Source: Escherichia coli
Lineage (GTDB): Bacteria; Pseudomonadota; Gammaproteobacteria; Enterobacterales; Enterobacteriaceae
Direction: 5' to 3' (one strand)
Assembly: GCF_003790525.1 (NCBI RefSeq)
Contig: NZ_CP033635.1
Length of the DNA: 64,000 bases
A model generated the notes under the pieces. That model ran no database searches, was not told the DNA's origin, and was given only the letters and a program-made list of their open reading frames with translations. Made by a program: the position numbers and the translations under genes. How positions within the stretch are numbered: the first letter of the stretch is position 1; each line of letters begins with the position of its first letter. Below, in pieces: positions 30,295-41,541 of this stretch.

Positions 30295-31035
30295 GTGAAG
30301 TTCAAAGTTATCGCCCTGGCGGCATTAATGGGTATTAGCGGGATGGCAGCGCAGGCTAACGAATTGCCGGATGGACCGCATATTGTCACCTCCGGTACGG
30401 CAAGCGTGGATGCGGTGCCAGACATTGCCACTCTTGCGATTGAAGTCAACGTGGCCGCGAAGGATGCCGCTACTGCCAAGAAACAGGCGGATGAGCGCGT
30501 CGCACAATACATTTCCTTCCTTGAACTCAATCAGATCGCGAAAAAAGATATCAGCTCAGCGAACTTACGCACCCAGCCAGATTATGATTATCAGGATGGT
30601 AAAAGTATCCTGAAAGGCTACCGTGCTGTGAGAACGGTGGAAGTCACGCTCCGTCAGTTAGACAAACTGAATTCCTTGCTGGATGGCGCGCTGAAGGCGG
30701 GTCTTAACGAAATTCGTTCTGTGTCGCTGGGCGTGGCGCAGCCGGATGCCTATAAAGACAAAGCGCGTAAGGCAGCGATTGATAACGCGATTCATCAGGC
30801 GCAGGAACTGGCGAACGGCTTTCATCGTAAACTGGGGCCGGTATATAGCGTGCGCTACCATGTTTCCAACTATCAGCCCAGCCCAATGGTGCGGATGATG
30901 AAAGCCGATGCCGCGCCGGTGTCCGCCCAGGAAACTTACGAGCAGGCCGCTATTCAGTTTGATGATCAGGTCGATGTGGTCTTCCAGTTAGAACCTGTGG
31001 ATCAACAACCCGCTAAAACACCTGCAGCACAATAA
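30295..31035 (+). CDS. yggE: periplasmic oxidative-stress defense protein (DUF541/SIMPL)
   Basis: 246-aa ORF with signal peptide MKFKVIALAALMGISGMAAQA; matches YggE. Confidence 0.85.
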   Translation: MKFKVIALAALMGISGMAAQANELPDGPHIVTSGTASVDAVPDIATLAIEVNVAAKDAATAKKQADERVAQYISFLELNQIAKKDISSANLRTQPDYDYQDGKSILKGYRAVRTVEVTLRQLDKLNSLLDGALKAGLNEIRSVSLGVAQPDAYKDKARKAAIDNAIHQAQELANGFHRKLGPVYSVRYHVSNYQPSPMVRMMKADAAPVSAQETYEQAAIQFDDQVDVVFQLEPVDQQPAKTPAAQ

Positions 31036-31202
31036 TATTTGTAGCCCGACGTATTCGTCGGGCTAATGCCTTTACCCGATATTGCCTCCTTTTTCTGTAA
31101 TTTTCTGTAAAACCATGACGTAATCACCTATCTTTGCTCGCGGTTTCATCAAGGATAGGCTGACTGAAACGGTTAAGCGGACAAGGATGCGGGGGAGGGG
31201 GT

Positions 31203-32099
31203 ATGGACATTTTTATTTCGAAAAAGATGCGCAATTTCATTTTATTAGCGCAAACCAATAATATTGCCCGGGCGGCAGAAAAAATCCATATGACGGCTTC
31301 GCCATTTGGTAAAAGCATTGCCGCGCTGGAAGAACAAATTGGCTATACGCTATTTACCCGCAAAGATAATAATATCAGCCTCAATAAAGCCGGACAGGAA
31401 CTGTATCAAAAACTGTTCCCGGTTTATCAACGACTTTCTGCGATTGATAATGAAATCCATAACTCAGGGCGTCGTTCACGAGAAATTGTGATTGGCATAG
31501 ATAATACTTATCCGACAATTATTTTCGATCAGTTGATTAGTCTCGGAGATAAGTATGAAGGCGTGACCGCCCAGCCAGTTGAGTTCAGCGAAAACGGCGT
31601 TATCGATAATCTTTTTGACCGTCAGTTAGATTTTATAATCTCCCCACAGCATGTGTCTGCACGAGTTCAGGAACTGGAAAACCTGACTATCAGTGAACTA
31701 CCGCCGCTGCGATTGGGCTTTCTCGTTTCTCGTCGTTATGAAGAGCGACAAGAGCAAGAGCTGCTTCAGGAGCTACCCTGGCTACAAATGCGCTTTCAGA
31801 ACCGGGCTAACTTCGAAGCAATGATTGATGCGAATATGCGTCCTTGTGGGATCAATCCCACCATTATTTATCGTCCCTACAGTTTTATGGCCAAAATCAG
31901 CGCCGTGGAGCGCGGACATTTTCTGACGGTGATCCCGCATTTTGCCTGGCGACTGGTGAATCCGGCAACGCTGAAATATTTTGATGCGCCGCACAGGCCG
32001 ATGTATATGCAGGAATATCTTTATTCAATCAGAAATCATCGTTATACCGCCACGATGCTTCAGCATATTGCTGAAGATCGTGACGGGACGAGTCATTAA
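31203..32099 (+). CDS. ygfI: LysR-family transcriptional regulator
   Basis: 298-aa ORF with N-terminal HTH; stop shares 4 nt with convergent scpC. Confidence 0.8.
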   Translation: MDIFISKKMRNFILLAQTNNIARAAEKIHMTASPFGKSIAALEEQIGYTLFTRKDNNISLNKAGQELYQKLFPVYQRLSAIDNEIHNSGRRSREIVIGIDNTYPTIIFDQLISLGDKYEGVTAQPVEFSENGVIDNLFDRQLDFIISPQHVSARVQELENLTISELPPLRLGFLVSRRYEERQEQELLQELPWLQMRFQNRANFEAMIDANMRPCGINPTIIYRPYSFMAKISAVERGHFLTVIPHFAWRLVNPATLKYFDAPHRPMYMQEYLYSIRNHRYTATMLQHIAEDRDGTSH

Positions 32100-33574
32100 C
32101 CCAGCATCGAGCCGGTTGCAATTAAATTACGGTGTAAATCAAAGACGTGGCTAAGATCGTGGTGAATATGTCCGCCGGGCGCATTTTCCAGATAGCGATG
32201 CAGATAATCCCGATACATAGGATGTGCACAATTATCAATGATGGTGCGGGCGCGTTGAAGCGGGGAAAGACCACGCAGATCGGCGATCCCTTGTTCGGTG
32301 ATGATCACTTTGACGCTGTGTTCGCTGTGATCAACATGGCTGCACATTGGCACGACGGTTGAGATCTTGCCTTCTTTAGCAATCGACGGGGCCATAAAGA
32401 TCGACAGATACGCGTTGCGTTCAAAATCACCGCTGCCACCGATGCCGTTCATCAGATCGACCCCGGCTACGTGCGTTGAGTTGGCATGCCCGTAAATATC
32501 AAACTCCAGGCCGACGTTCAGAGCGATGACGCCCAGACGACGGATGATTTCCGGGTTATTGGAAATTTCCTGCGGACGCAACACAATGCGGCTGGCAAAG
32601 TAATCCATATTGTCGTAAATCTTGCGCAGGGAATCGGCCGAGATAGTCAGGCTGGAGGCGCTGGCCCCGCTGATTTTGCCCGTTTCCAGTAAATGCACCA
32701 CCGATTCCTGTAGCACTTCCGAATACATCATGAACGGAGGAATTTCCGGGTTTTCCCCTAGTCGCGCCATGACTGCATTATTGATATTGCCCACGCCACT
32801 TTGCAGCGGCAGAAATTCCGGCGGAATACGCCCATGCGCCATTTCCTGCAACAAGAACGTGACCACGTTATCGGCAATCTGCTGGCACATGGGATTTTGC
32901 TTATCCAGCATATTACCGGCGTCAGGCAAGTTGGTTTCCACGACGGCGACAATCTTTTTCGGATCGATTTGCACATAGCGGGTACCGACGCGATCCATTG
33001 CATGGAAGATCGACACGCTATTGCGCCGCGGTGGCGCGCCAGGAATCACAATATCTGCCAGTTCTGCAACGCGCGGATCGTGATAGTGATTAAGTTCAAT
33101 GATCACTTTCTTCGCTCGCAGCAGCCAGGTCGGCGCATTACCGTTCCCGCTGGTTAACCAGACTCGACCATCCGGTGCCAGTGCCGATGCTTCAATGACG
33201 GCAACATCAATGTCGCCGAAGAAACCGTAATTGACCATTTGCGCCACTTCGCTCAAATGCAGGTCAACGAAACTCACCGCGCCCTGATTGATCTTTTTAC
33301 GTAAACCGGACGATGTTTGATATGGCGCACGCCAGGAAACAGCATCGGCGTCAGAAAGTACATCGTCAGCGGCGGCGCTGATTGACGCCCCCGTCAGCAG
33401 GCGAATTTGATACGGCTTTTTGGCCTCATGCTGTTCGTTAGCTCTGCGGGCAATCGCGGTGGGTAAGGCTTTCGGCGAACCCGCTGGGGTAAAGCCGCTA
33501 AATGCCACCATGTCGTTATGCTGGATAATTTCTGCCGCTTCATCGGCGGTCATCCTTGTCCACTGAGTTTCCAT
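32096..33574 (-). CDS. scpC: propionyl-CoA:succinate CoA transferase
   Basis: 492-aa ORF METQWTRMTADEAAEIIQHNDMVAFSGFT... matches ScpC (YgfH). Confidence 0.9.
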   Translation of the reverse strand: METQWTRMTADEAAEIIQHNDMVAFSGFTPAGSPKALPTAIARRANEQHEAKKPYQIRLLTGASISAAADDVLSDADAVSWRAPYQTSSGLRKKINQGAVSFVDLHLSEVAQMVNYGFFGDIDVAVIEASALAPDGRVWLTSGNGNAPTWLLRAKKVIIELNHYHDPRVAELADIVIPGAPPRRNSVSIFHAMDRVGTRYVQIDPKKIVAVVETNLPDAGNMLDKQNPMCQQIADNVVTFLLQEMAHGRIPPEFLPLQSGVGNINNAVMARLGENPEIPPFMMYSEVLQESVVHLLETGKISGASASSLTISADSLRKIYDNMDYFASRIVLRPQEISNNPEIIRRLGVIALNVGLEFDIYGHANSTHVAGVDLMNGIGGSGDFERNAYLSIFMAPSIAKEGKISTVVPMCSHVDHSEHSVKVIITEQGIADLRGLSPLQRARTIIDNCAHPMYRDYLHRYLENAPGGHIHHDLSHVFDLHRNLIATGSMLG

Positions 33575-33597
33575 TTTAACTCCTTCGTTCGCAGGGA

Positions 33598-34383
33598 TTA
33601 ATGACCAACGAAATTAGGTTTACGTTTTTCGAGGAAAGCGTTCATCCCTTCCTGGTAATCTTCACTGTCATAAACCGCGCGGCGCATCCCCTGAATACGT
33701 TCAAATTCATCGGAGTTCATGGTGTGCGCTTCGCCCAGTACACGCAGCTCTTCTTTGATAACGGCAATGGCTAACGGTGCTTTCTCAGAGATGTGGTGCG
33801 CCATTTGTAAGGTGAAATCTTCCAGTTCTTCCACTTCCACAACATGGTTGAGGATGCCGACAGCCAGCGCGCGCTGGGCGGTGATTGGCGAAGCGGTAAA
33901 AATCAGCTCTTTGACAATGTGGAAGCCCGCGTCGCGGGTCAGATTGTGAATGCCGACCAGGTTATACGGGACACCGAGGTTTACAGGTGTCATTGAGAAG
34001 GTTGAGGTACTGGCGGCGATAATCAGATCGGAACTCATGATCATTTCAAATGCGCCACCCCAAACACTACCTTCCACCATCGAAATGATCGGTTTCGGGA
34101 ATTTTTGGATCATGCGGGTGATTTGACGCAACGGATCATCATAGGAGAGCGGATCGCGACCGCCAGACGGCAGTTCGTGAATATCGTGACCTGCGGAGAA
34201 GACTTTGGATCCACTCGGCGCGCGCAAAATGATACAGCGAATTTCCGGCCGGTTGAGATCGCTTAATGCCTGCATAAGATCATCAATAAAGACTTTACTT
34301 AAGGCATTAAGTTTGCGGCCATAGTTAAACTCAATGACCGCCACTTTGTTGATAGTGACAACGTTCACATACTGATAAGACAT
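33598..34383 (-). CDS. scpB: methylmalonyl-CoA decarboxylase (crotonase fold)
   Basis: ORF 33598..34425; MSYQYVNVVTINKVAVIEFNYGRKLNAL matches ScpB (YgfG). Confidence 0.9.
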   Translation of the reverse strand: MSYQYVNVVTINKVAVIEFNYGRKLNALSKVFIDDLMQALSDLNRPEIRCIILRAPSGSKVFSAGHDIHELPSGGRDPLSYDDPLRQITRMIQKFPKPIISMVEGSVWGGAFEMIMSSDLIIAASTSTFSMTPVNLGVPYNLVGIHNLTRDAGFHIVKELIFTASPITAQRALAVGILNHVVEVEELEDFTLQMAHHISEKAPLAIAVIKEELRVLGEAHTMNSDEFERIQGMRRAVYDSEDYQEGMNAFLEKRKPNFVGH

Positions 34384-34393
34384 AAAAATTCCT

Positions 34394-35389
34394 TTAATCA
34401 AAATATTGCGTCTGGATAAATTCACTGAGCTGTCGCAGGCCGGTGCGCGGTGAGAGCGTATTGTTTTTGACCGCTAAAAGCGTCTGGCGGTAATAGCGAT
34501 CGAAATCTTCATTCGCGAACAGGTGATTCAGTACTTCTTCTTCGGTTTGTTTACGCAGCCATTCCACCGATTGTTGTTGCCGCACTTGTTGTAATCGACC
34601 ACTGGCAGTTAGCGCGGTTTTGAAGTCGATGATGGCGTGCCAGATCTCATCGATTCCACGTTTTTCCAGTGCGCTACAAGTCAGAACCCGTGGCTGCCAT
34701 TCGTCGTATTTACGTCGCAGAATATGCAGGGCACTCTCGTACATATGCTGGGCAATGGCGACATTGGTATGGTTATCGCCATCGTCTTTGTTGATAACGA
34801 TCAGATCTGCCACTTCCATCAGCCCCTTTTTAATGCCCTGCAGATCATCGCCGCCACCGGCAATTTGCAACGAGATAAAACAGTCCACCATGCGGGCGAC
34901 TTCCGTTTCCGACTGTCCGACGCCAACCGTTTCGACAATCACTACGTCATAACCCGCCGCTTCGCATAACAGCATTAATTCCCGCGCTCGCTGACTGGCA
35001 CCGCCCAGATGGCCGGAGGAGGGTACCGGGCGAATAAACGCCGCCTCGGCACGCGCAAGGTCATTCATGCGGGTTTTATCCCCGAGAATGCTACCGCCAG
35101 TGACCGGGCTGCTGGGATCGACCGCAATAACCGCAACCTTTAATCCCTCACGAATCAACAACATGCCAAAGGCTTCAAGAAAGGTACTTTTCCCCGCGCC
35201 GGGTGTGCCGGTAACACCCAGTCGCAGGGCGTTACCACAGAACGGCATAATGGCATCAAGCAGTTGCGTACTTAGCGCCTGATGACGCGGGTGACGGCTT
35301 TCCACCAGCGTCATGGCCTGGGCGAGCGTGGCACGCTCACCCTGACGTAAGCGGCGAATACTTTCTGCCAGCGTGGCTTCATTAATCAT
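34394..35389 (-). CDS. argK: MeaB-like GTPase/methylmalonyl-CoA mutase accessory protein
   Basis: 331-aa ORF with P-loop GTPGAGKST; matches ArgK (YgfD). Confidence 0.9.
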   Translation of the reverse strand: MINEATLAESIRRLRQGERATLAQAMTLVESRHPRHQALSTQLLDAIMPFCGNALRLGVTGTPGAGKSTFLEAFGMLLIREGLKVAVIAVDPSSPVTGGSILGDKTRMNDLARAEAAFIRPVPSSGHLGGASQRARELMLLCEAAGYDVVIVETVGVGQSETEVARMVDCFISLQIAGGGDDLQGIKKGLMEVADLIVINKDDGDNHTNVAIAQHMYESALHILRRKYDEWQPRVLTCSALEKRGIDEIWHAIIDFKTALTASGRLQQVRQQQSVEWLRKQTEEEVLNHLFANEDFDRYYRQTLLAVKNNTLSPRTGLRQLSEFIQTQYFD

Positions 35390-37526
35390 GATGCTGGCTT
35401 ATCAGATTCAGTACGTCGCGCACGCTGTCGAGCATAGGCGTACCTGGACCATAAATCGCCGCCACGCCGCGCTCCTGCAGGAAGGCGTAATCCTGCGGCG
35501 GAATGACGCCACCCGCGACCACGCAGATATCTTCGCGTCCCCATTTTTTCAGCGCTTCGACCAGTTCCGGGATCAGCGTTTTATGACCGGCAGCCAGTGA
35601 AGATGCGCCCACTACGTGAACGTCGTTTTCTACTGCCAGGCGGGCGATCTCTTCAGGTGTAGAGAACATCGGGCTTAAATCTACGTCGAAACCGAGATCG
35701 GAATAGGCGCTGGCGATCACTTTCGCGCCGCGATCGTGCCCATCCTGGCCCATTTTGGCGATCAGAATGCGCGGACGACGACCATTGTCGGCAAGGAACT
35801 GCTCCGTTTGCGCAACAATGGCATCGAACTCGGTGGCCGATTTCTCAGACTGATGATAGCTTTGCGCAATCACGCCGGTAACACACTGGCTTGGCACCAG
35901 ATAACGGTCGAAAGCGGCTTCCAGCGCATCGGAAATTTCACCCAGGGTGGCGCGAACGCGAGCGGCATTAACAGCGGCAGCCAGCAGGTTTTCGTTATGC
36001 TGTGCGGCGTGAGTCAGGGCGTTCAACGTGGCGGTTACGGCAGCATCATCACGGGTGGCGCGAATGCGTTCCAGTGAAGCAATCTGCTCGTTACGCACCA
36101 TCACGTTGTCGATCTCAAGTACATCGGTTTCGTCTTCGTGATCCAGTTTGTACTTGTTGACACCAACGATGACACGCTTGCCCTGGTCGATCAGCGACTG
36201 TTCGCGCGCGGAGGCCTCTTCGATCATTCGTTTTGGCAGACCTGCTTCGATCGCTTTCGCCATGCCACCGGCTTCGTCGATCTGTTGGATAATGGCTCTG
36301 GCTTGTTTGACGATTTGATCGGTCAGCGATTCAACGTAATAGGATCCGGCCAGTGGATCGACGGTGCGGCAGAGTTCTGATTCTTCCTGAATGATGATCT
36401 GGGTATTGCGGGCAATGCGTGCTGAGAAATCGGTAGGCAAACCAAGCGCTTCATCAAAGGCGTTGGTATGCAGTGACTGAGTACCGCCCAGCGTTGCAGC
36501 CAGTGCTTCAATGGTGGTGCGGATAACGTTGTTATATGGATCCTGTTCAGTCAGGCTCCAGCCTGAGGTCTGGCAGTGGGTACGCAGCGCCAGTGATTTC
36601 GGATCCTGTGCGCCAAATCCACTGACCGCTTCGCTCCATAAATAACGTGCCGCACGCAACATGGCGACGTTCATAAACAGATCCATGCCAATGCCGAAGA
36701 AGAACGACAGGCGAGGAGCGAAGTCATCAATTTTCAGCCCGGCGGAGATTGCTGCTTTGATGTACTCAATCCCATCAGCGAGCGTAAATGCTACCTGTTG
36801 CACGCAGTTGGCACCCGCTTCACCCATATGGTAACCGCTGATACTGATGGTATTAAATCGCGGCATGTTGCCGGAACACCAGGCGATGATGTCTGCGATA
36901 ATACGCATTGACGGTTTTGGCGGGTAAATATAGGTGTTGCGGCAAAGATACTCTTTGAGGATATCGTTTTGAATGGTGCCGGTCAGTTTATCGGGTGTAA
37001 CACCTTGCTCTTCTGCGGCGACAATATAAAACGCCAGTACTGGTAGTACTGCGCCATTCATGGTCATCGAAACCGACATTTTATCCAGCGGGATCTGGTC
37101 GAACAGGACTTTCATATCTTCCACGGTGTCGATAGCAACGCCCGCTTTGCCGACGTCGCCCGCCACGCGCGGGTTATCGGAGTCGTAGCCTCGGTGGGTG
37201 GCAAGGTCAAACGCAACGGAAAGACCTTTTTGCCCGGCGGCCAGGTTACGGCGATAAAAAGCGTTGGACTCTTTTGCTGTTGAAAAACCAGCATACTGAC
37301 GGATGGTCCACGGTTGGGCGGTATACATAGTGGCACGCGGGCCACGAACGTAGGGGGGCAAACCAGGAAGGGTACCTGTCACCTCCAGATTATCGAGATC
37401 GGCTTCGGTATACAGCGGCTTGATGGCGATCCCTTCCGCGGTTTGCTGAACCAGCGAGTCGACAGTTTTCTCCCGACGGCTCAATTCCTTGTTGGCAAGC
37501 TGTTGCCACTCCTGCACGTTAGACAT
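35382..37526 (-). CDS. scpA: methylmalonyl-CoA mutase (B12-dependent)
   Basis: ORF 35382..37547; [39 protein letters not shown] matches Sbm/ScpA. Confidence 0.92.
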   Translation of the reverse strand: MSNVQEWQQLANKELSRREKTVDSLVQQTAEGIAIKPLYTEADLDNLEVTGTLPGLPPYVRGPRATMYTAQPWTIRQYAGFSTAKESNAFYRRNLAAGQKGLSVAFDLATHRGYDSDNPRVAGDVGKAGVAIDTVEDMKVLFDQIPLDKMSVSMTMNGAVLPVLAFYIVAAEEQGVTPDKLTGTIQNDILKEYLCRNTYIYPPKPSMRIIADIIAWCSGNMPRFNTISISGYHMGEAGANCVQQVAFTLADGIEYIKAAISAGLKIDDFAPRLSFFFGIGMDLFMNVAMLRAARYLWSEAVSGFGAQDPKSLALRTHCQTSGWSLTEQDPYNNVIRTTIEALAATLGGTQSLHTNAFDEALGLPTDFSARIARNTQIIIQEESELCRTVDPLAGSYYVESLTDQIVKQARAIIQQIDEAGGMAKAIEAGLPKRMIEEASAREQSLIDQGKRVIVGVNKYKLDHEDETDVLEIDNVMVRNEQIASLERIRATRDDAAVTATLNALTHAAQHNENLLAAAVNAARVRATLGEISDALEAAFDRYLVPSQCVTGVIAQSYHQSEKSATEFDAIVAQTEQFLADNGRRPRILIAKMGQDGHDRGAKVIASAYSDLGFDVDLSPMFSTPEEIARLAVENDVHVVGASSLAAGHKTLIPELVEALKKWGREDICVVAGGVIPPQDYAFLQERGVAAIYGPGTPMLDSVRDVLNLISQHHD

Positions 37527-37729
37527 TATTTGCTCCGTAAAACGCAATCAAAATGAGGGTATTTGCGCTTACGGTGAGCTTTTTACGTGGGTTTGTCGCC
37601 AGCAAAAAAAATGCATTCAGACGTCGTTTTTTGCCGCCTGAGATTTGTCTATTTTGTGATGTGATTCAAGGAATACAAAAAGAAGTGAGGATAACGCCTG
37701 ATATGTGCTATCAGGCATTATTTGATGGA

Positions 37730-38623
37730 TTAATCCTGACGAAGGACTTTGTGACCATAATCGAGCAACGCATCAGTGACTTTACGCATCATGCGGCTTT
37801 CAGGAGCAAAGCGGTGCCAGTAGAGCATCCGGCGTTGAAATAGCCCCGGCGTTAAGTCAATCAGTTCACCGCTGGCCAGTTCTTTCTCGATTTGCAGGTG
37901 CGGGATCATACAGCAGGTGGTGCCCTGGCGAGCAAGTTGTACGAACGCTTCTGAAGAATTAACGATATGGCACGGTACGCTGCCTGGGGGCAGATCGAAG
38001 TTTTGCTGCAAAAAGGCCTGGTGCATATCGTCAAGATGGTCAAAGGCGACCACAGGTGCTTTCAATAATGCCGAACGCGTTACGCCGTTAGGGAAATATT
38101 TTTCGGCAAACGGTTTTGAGCTGACGAACAGATAGTCAAGCGCACCGAGCTTATCGACAAGGCAACTCGGCAGCGCCTGATGTTGAATACTCACCGCGCC
38201 GACCACTTCGCCGCGGCGCAGACGTTCCTGAGTGCGGGTTTCATCTTCTACCTGCAAGTTGAGGCGGATAGGCGAATCAGCCAACACAGGAGCCAGCGCC
38301 GGAAGCAACCACGTCGCCAGACTGTCGGCGTTGACCGCCAGTGAAAGCAGCAGCGGAGTCGAACCGGTTTGTTCATCGCCCAGCCACTCTTCTTCCAGCA
38401 ACTCCACCTGGCGTAGCAGTGCCAGCAGTTTTTGCCCTTGTTCTGTCGGGCGCGGCGGTACGGTACGCACCAACAGCGGCTGCCCGAACATATTTTCCAG
38501 TTGCTTAATGCGCTGTGAGACGGCTGATTGTGTAATGCACAGCTTTTGTGCCGCGCGCTCAAATCCTCGTTCACGTATCACCGCATCCAGTGCCTGTAAT
38601 GTTCTGTAGTCCGGGCGTTTCAT
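37730..38623 (-). CDS. argP: LysR-family regulator ArgP (IciA)
   Basis: ORF 37730..38689; [43 protein letters not shown] matches ArgP. Confidence 0.92.
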
Positions 38624-39005
38624 TGCTGTTGTCTGCTCCTGGTAAATGCTTTTTCCTGCACTATGACACAATTTTGTGTCAGGTTGCATATACCGAAGCC
38701 GTCGGCGGGTAACATTTGTATCAATGGTTAAACGCGCAGCTTAAAAGATCAGGGATTTGCGCTATTGCATTTCGCTTAGCGACTTCGCGCCCTGGTTATG
38801 TTGAATGGCGTGGCGTTATTGCCTCTGTTCGCACCGTGGAGCGGCATACCCAGACCGTTGTATGCTTTATTTGCCGGGCGAAAGGGGATGCCCGCCATTG
38901 CGCGATATTTTATGGATGAGTTAACCACGCGGCTTGCCAACGGGGTCTGAATCGCTTTTTTTGTATATAATGCGTGTGAAATTTCATACCACAGGCGAAA
39001 CGATC

Positions 39006-39665
39006 ATGACCCAGGATGAATTGAAAAAAGCAGTAGGATGGGCGGCACTTCAGTATGTTCAGCCCGGCACCATTGTTGGTGTAGGTACAGGTTCCACCGC
39101 CGCACACTTTATTGACGCGCTCGGTACAATGAAAGGCCAGATTGAAGGGGCCGTTTCCAGTTCAGATGCTTCCACTGAAAAACTGAAAAGCCTCGGCATT
39201 CACGTTTTTGATCTCAACGAAGTCGACAGCCTTGGCATCTACGTTGATGGCGCAGATGAAATCAACGGCCACATGCAAATGATCAAAGGCGGCGGTGCGG
39301 CGCTGACCCGTGAAAAAATCATTGCTTCGGTTGCGGAAAAATTTATCTGTATTGCAGACGCTTCTAAGCAGGTTGATATTCTGGGCAAATTCCCGCTGCC
39401 AGTAGAAGTTATCCCGATGGCACGTAGTGCAGTGGCGCGCCAGCTGGTGAAACTGGGCGGTCGTCCGGAATACCGTCAGGGCGTGGTGACCGATAACGGC
39501 AACGTGATCCTCGACGTCCACGGCATGGAAATCCTTGACCCGATAGCGATGGAAAACGCCATAAATGCGATTCCTGGCGTGGTGACTGTTGGCTTGTTTG
39601 CTAACCGTGGCGCGGACGTTGCGCTGATTGGCACACCTGACGGTGTCAAAACCATTGTGAAATGA
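39006..39665 (+). CDS. rpiA: ribose-5-phosphate isomerase A
   Basis: ORF 38934..39665; [39 protein letters not shown] matches RpiA. Confidence 0.95.
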
Positions 39666-39920
39666 TCTGACGGGGGAACCTCCCCCGTTAAAAAAATTCT
39701 CTTCATTAAATTTGGTGACATGTGTCACGTTTTTACCTGGCTATTGTCGATTGCTCTAAATAAACCCTCTAAACCAGCATATTCATCCAAGAAATACCTT
39801 TGCGTGATATTTCCTCAACATCGCGACGCAAACGTTCATATTGCCGCAATATTATTTTTTGATATGTTGAAAGGCGGATGCAAATCCGCACACAACATTT
39901 CAAAAGACAGGATTGGGTAA

Positions 39921-41153
39921 ATGGCAAAGGTATCGCTGGAGAAAGACAAGATTAAGTTTCTGCTGGTAGAAGGCGTGCACCAAAAGGCGCTTGAAAGCCT
40001 TCGTGCAGCGGGTTACACCAACATCGAATTTCACAAAGGCGCGCTGGATGATGAACAATTAAAAGAATCCATCCGCGATGCCCACTTCATCGGCCTGCGA
40101 TCCCGTACCCATCTGACTGAAGACGTGATCAACGCCGCAGAAAAACTGGTCGCTATTGGCTGTTTCTGTATCGGAACAAACCAGGTTGATCTGGATGCGG
40201 CGGCAAAACGCGGTATCCCGGTATTTAACGCACCGTTCTCAAATACGCGCTCTGTTGCGGAGCTGGTGATTGGCGAACTGCTGCTGCTATTGCGCGGCGT
40301 GCCGGAAGCCAATGCTAAAGCGCACCGTGGCGTGTGGAACAAACTGGCGGCGGGTTCTTTTGAAGCGCGCGGCAAAAAGCTGGGTATCATCGGCTATGGT
40401 CATATTGGTACTCAATTGGGCATTCTGGCTGAATCGCTGGGAATGTATGTTTACTTTTATGATATTGAAAACAAACTGCCGCTGGGCAACGCCACTCAGG
40501 TACAGCATCTTTCTGACCTGCTGAATATGAGCGATGTGGTGAGTCTGCATGTACCAGAGAATCCGTCCACCAAAAATATGATGAGTGCGAAAGAGATTTC
40601 ACTGATGAAGCCCGGCTCGCTGCTGATTAATGCTTCGCGCGGTACTGTGGTGGATATTCCGGCGCTGTGTGACGCGCTGGCGAGCAAACATCTGGCGGGG
40701 GCGGCAATCGACGTATTCCCGACGGAACCGGCAACCAATAGCGATCCATTTACCTCTCCGCTGTGTGAATTCGACAACGTCCTTCTGACGCCACACATTG
40801 GCGGTTCGACTCAGGAAGCGCAGGAGAATATCGGCCTGGAAGTTGCGGGTAAATTGATCAAGTATTCTGACAATGGCTCAACGCTCTCTGCGGTGAACTT
40901 CCCGGAAGTCTCGCTGCCACTGCACGGTGGGCGTCGTCTGATGCACATCCACGAAAACCGTCCGGGCGTGCTAACTGCGCTCAACAAAATTTTTGCCGAG
41001 CAGGGCGTCAACATCGCCGCGCAATATCTGCAAACTTCCGCCCAGATGGGTTATGTAGTTATTGATATTGAAGCCGACGAAGACGTTGCCGAAAAAGCTC
41101 TGCAGGCAATGAAAGCTATTCCGGGTACCATTCGCGCCCGTCTGCTGTACTAA
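39921..41153 (+). CDS. serA: D-3-phosphoglycerate dehydrogenase
   Basis: 410-aa ORF MAKVSLEKDKIKFLLVEGVHQKALESLRAAGYTNIEFH matches SerA. Confidence 0.95.
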   Translation: MAKVSLEKDKIKFLLVEGVHQKALESLRAAGYTNIEFHKGALDDEQLKESIRDAHFIGLRSRTHLTEDVINAAEKLVAIGCFCIGTNQVDLDAAAKRGIPVFNAPFSNTRSVAELVIGELLLLLRGVPEANAKAHRGVWNKLAAGSFEARGKKLGIIGYGHIGTQLGILAESLGMYVYFYDIENKLPLGNATQVQHLSDLLNMSDVVSLHVPENPSTKNMMSAKEISLMKPGSLLINASRGTVVDIPALCDALASKHLAGAAIDVFPTEPATNSDPFTSPLCEFDNVLLTPHIGGSTQEAQENIGLEVAGKLIKYSDNGSTLSAVNFPEVSLPLHGGRRLMHIHENRPGVLTALNKIFAEQGVNIAAQYLQTSAQMGYVVIDIEADEDVAEKALQAMKAIPGTIRARLLY

Positions 41154-41172
41154 TTCCCCTTCTCTGAAAATT

Positions 41173-41204
41173 AACGGGCAGGTCACTGACTTGCCCGTTT
41201 TTTT
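41173..41204. terminator. serA intrinsic terminator (possibly bidirectional)
   Basis: aacgggcaggtcactgacttgcccgtt followed by ttttttt. Confidence 0.7.
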
Positions 41205-41334
41205 ATCCCTTCTCCACACCGTTGCCGCATTGCGCATTCTACTTTGCGAGTCTGCTCCAGAAAATAAATCAAAGTCAGATCAATGCGTTGTGTTTATTTA
41301 ATGGGGATTTACGATGGCAGGGCAGCATGGGGCT

Positions 41335-41480
41335 GTAACGGTAAAGCCCTCACCGAAGCGAGGGCTTGAAGGAGAAGGGTTATGATGCGACTTGTCATCA
41401 TACTGATTGTACTGTTACTCATAAGTTTCCCAGCTTATTAACAGTCAGTCTCAGGGGAGGAGTCATCCTCCCTTACCCTT
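41335..41480 (-). ncRNA. sibC: SibC (RygC) antisense sRNA, antitoxin to ibsC; ends approximate
   Basis: Antisense to ibsC; candidate minus-strand promoter TTGACA-N17-TAATTT around 41488..41516; 3' end not resolved. Confidence 0.4.
41382..41441 (+). CDS. ibsC: type I toxin, Ibs family small hydrophobic peptide (19 aa)
   Basis: Hand translation: MMRLVIILIVLLLISFPAY, stop TAA; SD ggagaagggtt upstream; in serA-fau intergenic region where K-12 carries ibsC/sibC. Confidence 0.7.
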   Translation: MMRLVIILIVLLLISFPAY

Positions 41481-41541
41481 ACTCACTAAATTAGGTTAAA
41501 GAATCAACGATGTCAATCAGGGCGATGCAGGTGTGTCGCCC

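Noticed and set aside
38716-38919. 67-aa ORF in argP-rpiA divergent intergenic region
   Set aside because: No RBS or recognisable domain; the region is expected to be promoter DNA. K-12 carries a small pseudogene annotation (yqfE) hereabouts, but I cannot verify correspondence.
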